From NCBI GenBank assembly GCA_965637545.1, contig OZ281498.1:4030001-4094000 (forward strand): a DNA stretch of 64,000 nucleotides, in the 5' to 3' direction. The DNA is from Phallusia mammillata (taxonomy: Eukaryota). Positions 22,986 to 35,254 of this stretch are shown here, in pieces. Position numbers and translations under genes: made by a program. Within the stretch, counting starts at the first letter, position 1. Each line of letters opens with the position of its first letter. Under the pieces are notes generated by a model, which was given only the letters and a program-made list of their open reading frames with translations, was not told the DNA's origin and did not search any database.

Positions 22986-23967
22986 CTCTAAACTCTACTG
23001 ATTTGAGTTAAGAAACGCTTATCCAAAGTCCTATACAAATCTAAAAGCGGTTTATGACACCACATACAAAACTAGATAAGAAATAATGCGCAAACAATTG
23101 CTTTCATTGTTACATGTGATGAAATAAAAAAGCCTTGAGCAACACGCAAGTAATCGGCACTAATTCATTGCAAATTTCAAGTAGATCGACGCAACAGGGA
23201 CATAGGTAGCAACATTTCTGTATGTTATAGAATTATCGGCTGCTGATGTTCAGTTTGTTTGGGAAATAGGGAAAAAAGCTTTGTTAATATCCTTAAAGGT
23301 TGCCGTATAGATTTCTAGCGTAGTGGTTGAAAAGAATGTTAAACAGTCAATTGGTTGCCCTGTCCTCGGTTGAAATTGATTTTTACGCTTAATTGTCTGA
23401 GGTGGTAAAACAAACTCTAATCATAGCCTAACGTCTGTTTTGACAGTTTTCTGAAAAACAAAACTAAAAACAAACAAATTTGGTAAAATCGGTCGAAGTT
23501 GCACCTGTTTTAATTACACTAACTAAATTATTTGACGTGATTGCAATCATACAAGTTTGCGTTGCAAAACAAATACTTCTCGATGCTGTTTTCATTTTTT
23601 TCTACTTGTCCTTGGCATTACAAGGCCGAAAAATCCCTGTAAAATTAAATTCTACCAAACATTTCATTTCTCACTTGTACTTACTGTTACAATTAAGTTG
23701 CATATAAAACACAAAATGGGATACATAAACAATGATAAACAATGGGTCATCTGACATGTTACAGTATATCTCTGTAATTATTATTTCGGTGATTTAGGTC
23801 AGAACAAAAAATACTCTTTGAATAACTAAGTATATTTGCCGTTAATGCTTAAAAAACTGTGGGCAATTTAAACTAACCGCTGCAATGTCTTTGAATTATT
23901 TATTCTCAATTTAAACAAACCGCTCCAATGTCAAGTGTGTAAAATATACTTTATCGTCACCTTCGGA

Positions 23968-24388
23968 CATGGGCGCCGGCACGTAGGGGTAAGAGGGGTC
24001 ACTTGCCCCCCCCCCCTCTTGGAATTTCAAAGTACCTCAAAATTAAAAAAAATTCTCGAAAAAGTGATGACTGAAAAACGATAATGCTCCAAAAAGGGAA
24101 GTTGTAATAGTCAAAGCAATTGTCTAAACAAGCGACTTTAACGATATCTGCATTGTTTACGTTTTAGTGTTGTTTCCATAGCCTCTGCCGTTTTTATGTA
24201 TTTTAAACGGACAAATTGGTTCATAGTTGCGTTTCTGTGCGGGGAATTTCATCGTTGACGCAAATCTACTGCATATATATTTTATTCCATGTGTACATAA
24301 TTAATTTATATAGTAATCTATCCCAAGTATGTAACTTATTTGTCAAAATTTGACCCCCTCCCAGAAAAAAAAATTGCCGGCGCCCATG
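23968..24388 (+). mobile_element. MITE with CATGGGCGCCGGCA TIRs (hAT-like)
   Basis: Perfect 14-bp TIRs CATGGGCGCCGGCA / TGCCGGCGCCCATG with CCCC-rich subterminal tracts. There is no clear TSD. Confidence 0.7.
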
Positions 24389-25018
24389 CCTAATGTAATA
24401 TTTCACACAAGCTGCACGTTACACATTTTACACGCTACACAAGAGCAGCGTTTGCAGTAAAAATAAGGCAGCATTTTGAATTATTGAGTAGTGGGACAAA
24501 CAACGTTTTGTTGTGTTGCAAATGAAAAAGATTATTGGCCGATTGCTGCGGTGCAACGTTAAGCTTAAAAAAGGAAAATGCGCGATCTGACTCCAAAAAT
24601 AAAGAACTCTGAACGACACCTGACTAATTACAACTAGAACGTTAGACAAGGTTTATTAAACAAAATATATGTAAAACTACAACAAACGTAAAGTATAACG
24701 TTGGCGATAACTTTGTCTAAAGTAAGTGAGTGTCTCGGACAGTTCTTGGATTAGCAAACGCGAATATATAGTCAAGCGACAACGTGGTATTGTAACTCGG
24801 GGCAAAGGTATAGTGTCGCTCCGAAACATAGGAAATGATTATCGTACACGAAAGGCGGCTACAAGAAACGTTTTTAGGATTGCGTAAGTGCTAGCGCGTG
24901 TAGTTTTAGAAAACGCGACATCTAAGGCCGCTAAACTTTAAAGTAAATACAAAATTGCCTTGACGTGTCAGATGTGCCGCTAAAATAAAAATACACAAAA
25001 ATACAAAATACGCATTGC

Positions 25019-25186
25019 CAGTGTTTTTCCCCCCAAATTTCTCCAGCGGTTTCCCAAAATTGCCAGTAGCCTAATAAATAATTCGTTTAAGCAAATATGG
25101 CTATTTTTTGGTATTTAAATGAAACACTTGCGGTCTCTTAAAACTACTTAGCGGTCACCGAAACCAAACCTTACGAAAAAACCCTG
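25019..25186 (+). mobile_element. 168-bp MITE (second copy at 51327-51478)
   Basis: TIRs are CAGTGTTTTT / AAAAAACCCTG, with a perfect 8-bp TSD cgcattgc (25011, 25187). Confidence 0.8.
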
Positions 25187-25489
25187 CGCATTGCTACAGT
25201 TGTGTTGACACATATTTTTCCTTCAAAGTTTGGGGAACTCGTGTGTCGCTTAAAAAAATATATGTAGACATCATACATCAATGGCAGGAAACATCCTCGT
25301 GATTCAATGGTGTGACAGAAGCTACAACAGTTTGTTGCCACAAAACGACGAAAATAAAGTTGCGAACCACACCTCAAAAAGGCAAGAGTTAACAGCAGCA
25401 TAAATAAGTAAAATAATGTAATTCGTTTTAATTTCAGAGCTAATTTAGGTTAAAAACAAAAATAAGCTTTTCTTTCTACAAGAGCAAAG

Positions 25490-28400
25490 ATGCAAAGTGG
25501 AAAAAAGGAGGTTCTTAGAAAGTTTTTCTGGTTTTTCATTGGATACTTTTTTACTTATGGTGCATACTATTCAATTCTACTGCTGCAATCCAGTATTAAC
25601 ATCAAAGATGGTGTAGGTAAGAAACAATTGGTCCTGATTTCGTTTTTTTTTAATAATTTGCATTAAAAAAGAGTTCAGACCAAATAGACGACACAAGCAA
25701 CTACTTGAAAGTGTTACGTTATTAAACTGTTTGGCCAAAACGAATTTCTTAAATACAGTTCGGGTCCGTACCGGGTTTCGAGCTTGTACTTTCGGGTTCC
25801 GGCCGGGTGTGAGGTCGAATTTCGGGCCCGCTTGCAGCTTTGTTGACACAAGAATGCTTGTTTAACTTTGACAATTGGACAAGACTTTCAATGGATACTA
25901 CTAAAAAATCTGCTGATACTAATACAGTTTTGAAGGGTAGTGGGCCATTGGTTTCGTTTCCACTATTTTGTTGTTTTAGGTGTTACATCAGCTTCAATAA
26001 CGTACGGCTGCTCAGTCGTTTTCAGCATTTTTCTTGCTCCAATTCTACTTCGTGTATTGGGTGAAAGGTACTCGGCGATTGTGGCCCAAGTCACGTACTT
26101 GATTTACATATTGGCCAATTTCTATCCAGGTAAAGTACATCAGAATGGTTAAAGTTTTTAACAATACCATTTTGTAAAGCTTTAGTATTTTGTTGCAATA
26201 TTACCGATACACACCTTTTCGTTTTTTCGCAACCACTGTTTTCATTTCATTTTTTCCACTATTTGTTATCGTTTGTAGCAGTTGCATTGCGTGTTGAATA
26301 CTGGGCTTCCGTTTTCCTTGTACACAATTTCGTGTCACGCAGGATTGTTTTCATAAATATGTATGTGCCTGTGTGCATGCGTGCATGTGAAAGTGTATAG
26401 TTACGTGTAAAAGGGGGTAGCTGACACGGTGACCACAGAGTCTTTTACTACCCTGCACATTCATTTTTTTCTAATAGTTTGTGGAAATATAATTACTAAC
26501 TTAATTACTTATCGTACCTCGTTTCCGTTTGCAGAACCCTATATTCTGATCCCTGCTGCGACACTTGTGGCAGTCGGGGAGGCGACGATGTGGCCAACCT
26601 TGTTATTGTTTACTGTTCACTACGCGCGGTGTTACGCTCGACACGGCAACAAGGACACATCCGCCTACGAAACTATGTTTGTGGGAATTTACTTTAGTGG
26701 ATATTATCTAAGTCAGGTACAGTACAGTTGGGTGCTAAAACATATGTGATTTTTTAATAGTTGGTTTAAAACACTGTGTTATGGAATGTAAGATGTACGA
26801 TAAACCGCTTTTTGTGGAAGGGGCAATAACCCTTGTTCCATGTCTACGACAATGGTCAGAAAGGTTATGAAATATAACTTGGCCATCTTATACCACCAGC
26901 CGTTTTTCGTTCTGTAAAAAATCATACTGTTGTTTCAGATATTTGCAAACTTGCTGTCATACGGAATTCTTTTTGGTGGCAAAAATTTCTTTGGAAATCA
27001 AAATCAATCGACAGTCGATTTTTCGTATTGTGGTGCAAATGATTGCCAAGACCCAAACGCCACAAACGAAAACATTGACATGTATGTGCCGACGTCTCAA
27101 ATTACTCTTTACTTGGTTTTGGGGGTGATGGCTGGATTGCTTGTTGTGTCAATCATCGTGTATTTGACGATGCTGAAAGATATTGATGTTTCTCTTGAAG
27201 CTGTTAATCCGGAAACCCCAACTTCAGAAGGTATTTTTCCAAATAAACAGACAATTTAATTTAACTTGGATTAACGCCTAAACCATTGCGCAAACTTTCT
27301 GTTAAAATTTTTGAGCATATTTGTTTGAGAATAACATATCTTTTTGTAAATGTTGATACAAACTGTATAAACTGTGCGCCAGGTGTATTGCATTACGTTA
27401 GGTGGCGCATGGTTTAAAATAAAAATGTTCAGTTTAAGTTTGATTGTATTTTTAGAAGCAGCGCTAAAGGATGAAGAAACGAAACAAACCAGCGACACAA
27501 CACTTGAAGGGGAGAACATAAACACCGATGGAGTTCATTTCAAAACCAAGGTAAACTAAACACGTTTGCGTTATTCATAAAATAATTATTATTCCTTGTT
27601 TGCAGAACGTTTTCACCCCAGTATTGTCCAGCATCAAAGAAACATTTAGCCTCTTACTTCACCCACAACAACTTCTTTTGGCACCGTTTGCTTTGTATAG
27701 CGGAATGTACTTGGGCTTCATAATGTCTGATCTATCCAGAGCTTATGGTTCCTGTCTATTTGGGGTCCAACAGGTGCGATTGTAGTTTTTGTTTTTTTTT
27801 GAAAATCACTATTTGATGTAGTGACATTTCTTTTGTGAAATAGATCGGACTTAATATGGCATTACATAGCGTGGCGGGTGGCATATGGTCAATGCTGGCC
27901 AGTTCGTTGTCCAGTCGATATGGTCGGAAAGTCACTATTATGCTAGGCTTTGGAATCGACTTGTCATGTTGGCTGTTTCTTCTCTTTTGGCAACCATCAA
28001 GCCAAAATTTAGGTTGGACTTATGCCATATACGTTACAACAGCCTTTGCCAGCATTACTTGGATAACAACAATCAGCGGTAAGAGCCGTTTGTGCGATTT
28101 TGCGCTTTTGGTTTGGTTAAGTTATGGCAAAGCATACTGGTGATATTGTGTTTTAGATACATACATCGATTACTTTTCGAAAAAGCGAGACATCGCCTTT
28201 GTGGTCTGGAACTTGTGGGTAATGGTGGGAATAGCGGTGCAGTTTGGTTGGAGCACAAGTCTTTGTGTCAGAACAAAGGTTTATGTGCAAATTGGAATCC
28301 TGTGTTTTTCAATTTTAACCTACGGTGAGCATACAGCGGCTAATTGTGTTTTCCTCTAAAACATCGCGTATATAAATTATGAAATTGCTACTCTTAAATA

Positions 28401-28605
28401 AGACTGATTCAAATTGTGTTTTTCGTGTTGTCATTGCAGCGTTACCTAAAATAGTAATTAACAAGCAAGATACCTTTTTTACCGAAATTGCCTTGTTCAA
28501 GGTTTGTTTTGTGAACTCAAAGACTAAACATACCTTTTTTGACATTTGTGTTTGTACGCAGGTGTTGCCGATTACATTCAGAAGAATAAGGCGAAATGTG
28601 GCTAA
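25490..28605 (+). CDS. UNC93A: UNC-93-like MFS protein, paralog C (9 exons, 486 aa)
   Basis: Exons 25490-25616, 25980-26129, 26535-26716, 26939-27230, 27456-27550, 27606-27773, 27844-28078, 28157-28324, 28562-28605 total 1461 nt. Confidence 0.88.
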
Positions 28606-29086
28606 AAAAGCAAGTATGGAATAGAAAATATATGAACGATCGCAAATTAATACTCTTATTGCGTGGTCCAAAACAGTATATGTGGACACTTTTTTTCTAA
28701 ACTAATTCGATCTTTGGTGTAAAATTCCGTTGCAATAGTTTTTCTGATCTGTGTAACAGGTGATTGTACTGAGCAAGAAAATTTAGGCCAAAAACATAAA
28801 TAGATTAAAACGTTAAATTCATCACTCTTATGTAACCCGGTTTGCAACCTCTTGCTGAGAACAATACCCTGAACTGTGTACCTTGTATATCACACATACT
28901 TAAACAGAAGTTTACAAATTGTGGATTTGCAGCTGTAATGTATATCCAAAATAAAAATGCAAAAAAATCAGATCTTGAGAATATTGCTTGCTAACCGCAT
29001 CTCGCTAAACGTCCAGATAGCATTTGCGTTGCAAACAAACTTGGGCCAAAGGGTACCTTATTTGTACCGCAGTCCACACCATAGAT

Positions 29087-29673
29087 CAGTGGTTCTCAAA
29101 GTGTGGGTCGCGATCCAAACATGGCGCAGGGTCAAAAAATGGGTCGCGCTATGGTGATTCAATTCTGCCCAAACGAACTATTACCGCATTAGGTAAACAC
29201 AAACGAATTTACTTAATGCAGAAATAAAGTCCCCTCACTCGACCACGTTGTACAGTAAAATGAACCAATCATTACAACATACAGACAATAGCCTTCCAAT
29301 TTTACTGTTACGCACATGGCGATTGTAACGTCATAGCACGGGAAATAATAGGACAAGTTAATCTTGCATAACTGAAGGATGAGTAAGTATTCGTACAAGG
29401 AAACATTTTTAGATTTGGGATTCACTTCTATCAATGATCATGGCGCTGCAAAGCCACAATGTGTGTTGTGTTATGCGGTGTTGTCGAACGAATCGACCTC
29501 ATTAGGCCTGCAGTCATTTTGACATGGCCAGACTCCTATGCGGCGACGGCGTGGCCTCGAAATTGCCGTCCGTCTCGTTAATACATTTTTTGATGTTTGA
29601 GGCTTGGGTCGTGAGATGTTCATAAAACCCAGATTTGAGTCGCGGTCAAAAAAGTTTGAGAACCACAGTACTG
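29087..29673 (+). mobile_element. hAT MITE
   Basis: The left TIR is CAGTGGTTCTCAAA; the right TIR TTTGAGAACCAC..CTG has a 5-bp insertion. The TSD ccatagat (29079, 29674) is perfect. Confidence 0.85.
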
Positions 29674-30462
29674 CCATAGATTGTCCTTACTTTGTTGTAC
29701 ATCAGGTTAATACTCTGACCAACAACGGTTGAGCTGATAGGTATATATGAAGTTGTTCTTCTTAAGATTTTAGCAGCACGTTTTGCATAAAAAGTCAGTA
29801 CTTTAGCATAAAGGTATATACATTTCGCGCTGGTACTTCACTGAAATAGTTTTGTAAGGCATAGTTTGTAACATCACATTTCAGCAGTCATAGTCATTAA
29901 TGCAATGTAATACTTAACTACCAGAAGCGAATTCAAACTGCAACAGAACAATATTATCAGAAGCAGTTATAAGATACAGTAATATGGGTTTCCTTAAAGT
30001 CGGATTAAAAAAATGCAATTTGTGATGATCTTGAGCGAATACTATTCGTATGACCCTGTACCAAAGAAAACGTACCGATTGAACAGCAATGTTCCATGCA
30101 GGCACTGTGTAAATACAAAATCATACAGACTGCAGCAAACCGTCGCTTTGCAAATATTGGTCAAGTGTACATAATAGGTAACTGTATGAATGGATTTGTG
30201 CTTGAGGCAATAAGGGGAAACTGATTTTTGTTACAATCTGCTAAAACAATGATAGACTGCCTTTTTGATGGATGTTTAGGCGAAACGAGGTTAAAGAGCT
30301 TAAATCGCAGGTTTAACGCTTGTAGTGTCGTGTATGACTAGTAAACTGTTAGTAAACTATGAACAAACTATGCATAAATACCTCGTTTGTTTTCAAACTG
30401 AATAGCATCAAACTAGTGTTCGATCGAAGGTGACAATAAACTTTTAAGTAAAATCCTGCGAA

Positions 30463-33460
30463 ATGGGCGAACTTCAACAACAACCGAGTGTTCGAACTAT
30501 TAGAAGAAGAATTGTATTGACATTTCTCTTGTTTTCAAGTGGAATATTTCTAACTTTTGCGGCCTATAGTTCACTGGTTTACCTGCAGTCAAGCATCAAC
30601 ATCGAAGGAGGAGTTGGTAATTTTACTTTTTTGAATAAAAGTTCCAGCAAGCCGAAAAACGCTCACTAGTTAGGTTTAAAAAATTATATTTTTTGTGGGA
30701 TTCTAGGTGCCGCATCCATTACTGCGACTTACGTCACCGCAGCCATTTTTGGAATAACCTTTACCCCAGTTCTAATGCGAGTTTTCGGTGCAAAGATTTC
30801 GGTAATCATCTCCCAAATAACATATCTTTTCTTTGTGCTTGTTAACATTCACCCAGGTAATGTGTATTTTTTAACACTTAGTCCAACATAACAATAATGT
30901 AGCTGAAATAATACAACTGCATTTTGTATTGTATAACACAGATTGCAACCAAAACTTAACCGATTGTGTATCAGGTTACTTAATGTACAATAAACGCATT
31001 ATCGGTGATGTTGTTTTCGCGAAATTTTAGACCCTGTTATTGGGCACTGGTTTTGCTGTTTGAATATCAGTGATTAAACCAGTGGTATAATTTAACTCAT
31101 TTGGACACAGAGGCATATTTGCTAATACCAGCGGGAGCAATAGCGGGAATAGGGGAGGCAACAATGTGGCCTTCCATGATGTTGTTTTGTTCGCACTATG
31201 GCAAGTGCTTTGCCCGATATGGAAGCAAAGATACCAGGTTTTACGTGGTTGAGTTTATCGGTTACTTCTATTTCATCTTTCATACCAATCAGGTGAGATT
31301 GTGAAAGTACAAAGAGTTCCTTAACTAATCATTTGTGACATTATGTAACAGTTAACAGGAAACTTGGTTTCTTACGCAATATTTTATGCGGGAAAAAAGA
31401 TTGAAGTTACGTACAATGCAACAGCAAGTCCTTACGGCTCGTCGGTCGCAGTTTGGGACAATGGAAAGCCTACAAGAGACCTCACCGTGTGTGGTGCAAA
31501 TGACTGCCAAGACCCGAACGTTACTCAACAAAACATCGATCAGTACGAACCGGCCACAGAGGCCACTTTGTACACCATGATCGGCGTGATGGGTGGAATG
31601 ATTTTGTGCGCAATAGCAATCAATACCCTGTTTATCAAAAATATTGACACTTCTCTGGAAGTTGAAGATGACCAAAACCCGAACAAACAAACACCAGGAT
31701 CCCCAAACAATGCAAAGGTAAGCTAAACATTGGTGCTGGATTAGGTTGAACAATAGAAGTACGCCATGACGTTTGTTTATGGGCTTACAACAAACCAAGG
31801 GCCTGACGACGACAGAGTTGAAAGTCGGGCTTGGCCGGGTTCGGGCTTAGGTTTCTTAAAAAAACGGTTTGATTTGTTGAACAAATTTTCGTTGCTAAGT
31901 AGCCAATTGCTGAACATGACATAATGTTAAACCATCAAAAAACACCTTGTTCAAGACCAATTGTCTATTATGTTTGTTGCCTTGGTCTTTCCTGAAGCTT
32001 TATAGACCTGTCAATTAAACTTTCGAACGAGCTTCTCAAAAACGATTCGGGTTTTAGCTGGGTTCGGGCTCCTAATTCAAGCCGTTTTCAACTCTGGAAC
32101 ACAGAACTAAGATCACACTAAAATATTTTTTATGCAGGAGGCGTTCTATTTGGGTCTTGATACAATGAAAAAAACGCTGCTTCACTTGATCAACCCAAGG
32201 CAGCTTCTAATTACGCCGTTTGCTCTCTACAGTGGGCTTCTCATGTCGTATGGTTTTGGTGAACTGACACGTGCGTTTGGTTCATGCATGCTTGGAGTTG
32301 ATCAAGTAAGAGTTTATGCCACTGTGAAATTTGCTAGCTGACCTACAGGTGATGATCGTTTACCGTCGCAAAACGTGTATTCCGAGTTTGACAAGTGTAA
32401 GTTGCCGAAATCCTTTGAGTTTGAGCCCCTCAACCATCCGTAGATGTATGTAATAATAACTCACAGTGTTGAATTGTTTTGTTAAAGAAAACGAAACAAC
32501 GTCCCACCCCTGCACTTTCTCCGCAGCCCATATGTGTAAACATCAAAAACATTTTCGGTTGATGTTTTGCAGGTTGGTTTATGCATGGCCGGTTATTCTG
32601 CAGCCGACGCTATCATGTCGTTTGTCACCGGTAAAGTATCAAGTAGATATGGAAGAAATGCCATGCTCATCATTGGCCTTATGCTTGACATCACAAACTA
32701 TATGATCGCACTATTCTGGATACCGACTGCCAGCAGCTTATGGGTGGTTTATGTGCTGTTTGCAATTGTGGGAGGAGTAGACGGAGTGTGGCAACCTCTA
32801 GTAAACGGTAAACGAAAATTTATGGCTATCAACTATATGTTATGGCTGGGGTTGAAAAGCCACAGGTGACAGTTATAGATACCTCATAGATTCACTTTGA
32901 TTGGTAATGGTAAATATTAGTGCATGTATAGACTATTTTTGGTTCACTACATACGACGAACCTGCGAAAAATACCTGGTTTATAACCAGCCTGCATAAAG
33001 CTTCCATAACTTAATGCTACAGGATTTAGGATACCGTTCTTTTAATTTTGTTGTTCTTTAGTGTTTGGTTACTTACAATATATTTAACCAACAGTGTAAA
33101 GGTAGTAAAATTCCTAATCGTTTGTTGCAGAAATGCATGCCTCATATTTTCCTGCCACTCAAGATATTGCGTTCACGGTTTGGAATTTATGGACGTTGGT
33201 CGGAATCGCAATTCAATTCGGATGGAGCACAAGTGTCTGTGTGCGAGACAAAATCTACATACAAATGGGGCTTTTGGCCTTTTCGATTGGCGCTTATTGT
33301 AAGTTTCACGTGTGGTATATTGTTAGAAACAAGTACAAAAAAGATAACAACCAAAACTTGTTTAGATTTTGGAGAATATTATTATAAGGAAGAAGCAAAA
33401 GAGGTTGACGAATCAGAGCAAGAAAAAACAGAATATTGTTTCAGTATCACCGCACTTTAA
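30463..33460 (+). CDS. UNC93A: UNC-93-like MFS protein, paralog D (8 exons, 505 aa)
   Basis: Exons 30463-30616, 30707-30856, 31111-31292, 31352-31717, 32138-32305, 32573-32807, 33131-33298, 33366-33460 total 1518 nt. Motifs: GEATMWP, CGANDCQDPNVT, GELTRAFGSCMLGVDQ, DGVWQPL. Confidence 0.88.
31813..32096 (+). mobile_element. CAGAGTTG-family MITE in intron 4 of D
   Basis: TIRs are CAGAGTTGAAA / TTTCAACTCTG, with CGGG subterminal repeats. No TSD is evident. Confidence 0.7.
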
Positions 33461-35254
33461 AGCTTAAAATCATTGTTGCATAACTATTCTCAAAGAGCTT
33501 CAAATACTGTGCCAGTAGGAGTCACTAAGTTTACTGCATTTGAAAAGTCAAATATCCACCTATAGTTTCGGGTAGGCGCTTGCTTGTACGTGTATAGCTC
33601 AGATTATGTTAAAGTGAACTTTAATTTTCGATCGAGTTGACCGCGGATTGCGGAAAGTCTTTTTGATTGGGTGCAATAATTTCCGAAACTATCTGCCCTC
33701 CTACTTGTTTCAACTGTTTAGTTTACAAAGCGAGGTTTACTTATTTTACTTAACACAACAATTTGAAACAATTATCCCTCAACCTGTTGCAAATTACCTC
33801 TTCACAAGAAAAAGTATGCAGTTGTTTGTTACATATATATTGGTTTTAGTTGCTTATCATGACTTATCAAGTCAACTGCCGTATTTAATTTCAGTTGAGA
33901 TCAATGTTGATTATCTCCAGACTATCGGGACCGGGGGAAAATGTGTATTTACAGCAAAACTACAAATATTTGTTTTTCTCCTTCTTAGAACGACAAGTTT
34001 TGCCATAAAGATTACAAGCGTTATACTAAGATCACGAAATTTGCTCAGTAGATTATCAAGTATTAGTTGTTAAAGTATGCCACAGTTTGAAACGAGTTGT
34101 GGCGCAAAGAGAAGAATGTTCATTTGAAACGAGTACATTTACAGGACGAAGTTGATTAAAATGAACTACACAATGGCTACGAAAACAAATACCCAAAACT
34201 TTAAACCAATCATTTCCTGATTTTCAAACTGTTCTTTGAGCAAGTCTGAGGCAAAGCTTTGAAATAAGTGGTTTCTTCGGAGGCATAACAATTATAGAAG
34301 GAATATTGATCAAACTTTGTGGTTTGTGGAGTTTGGATTTTTGCACATTTGTATTATGTATATTGAAAGTCTGTTTTAGAGGTTTTGGACTGTCCGCAAA
34401 ACCTGTTAGAACGGTCGTCACGGGCCTTGTAAGCCATTCAACACAAGCAGATGAGCATTTGGTAAGCTTGTCTGAGCTTTGTTTTACACTTACAGGATGT
34501 GCCGTAGCAATAGCTTGTATAAACTGAGGATATTCCCATTTTGCTTTGCAAATATGCTCAGGACAGGGGTGTGCAGCCTGCGACCTATGTAAAGGTTGTG
34601 GTCGCGGCCACTTTTAAATTTTAAATGAGGTATGGTACGCTAAACTTACTTGCAAGTTTAAATGGTATTTGTACATTCAAAATCTGCCTGTTAGGTACGC
34701 AACAAATTAAAAACAACTTGTTATATGAGGATACGGTCTGTCGTCCAACCATTTTAATTGTATTTGACACCTCAGTAATAAAAGTTGCACACACCTGGTG
34801 CAAAGCACTTTTGGTTGTTGCATACCTACACAATTACTTCCGCGTAAAATTAATAAGAGAAGCATTTTGGACTGAACGTTTGGAAAAGAAGGTGAATTGC
34901 TACTATACGCAAGGAAAAACGTCTTATTTAGATAACTTTGGAAAGTAGAAGGAATGTGGGTCTGATCCTTTGTCAAAACAATTAAAGGCAGTCACAATAT
35001 GCGACATCACAGCAAGAATAGATTTATGAGCACAGCATCTGTAAACGCAAGTTTAACGACTTTAAACTTTTGACGTGGGCAAAATTCATGTTATTCGTAG
35101 TGGTTAAAGCAATGCAAAGCACCGAGTTTTTCAGTGTTTAAAGTTGTCTGTTACACTAGAGATAGAAATTGCTCACACAAAAGTAAAATTATGCAAATCA
35201 AGGTTCGTAATTCGTCAGTACTCCTAGATTTGACCTTAACTAACTAACTTCAAA

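Larger units (their letters stand above)
25230..30950 (+). repeat. Segmental duplication unit 3 (gene C plus the start of intact gene D; probable source configuration)
   Basis: It is collinear with units 1 and 2, and is the only unit in which the D-type gene continues beyond intron 2. Confidence 0.8.

Noticed and set aside
3860-30950. A/B/C as uncollapsed alleles (assembly artefact)
   Set aside because: There are three copies, one is inverted, their introns are diverged with indels, and each has private transposon insertions. Very high heterozygosity in some invertebrates means long-read confirmation is still advisable.
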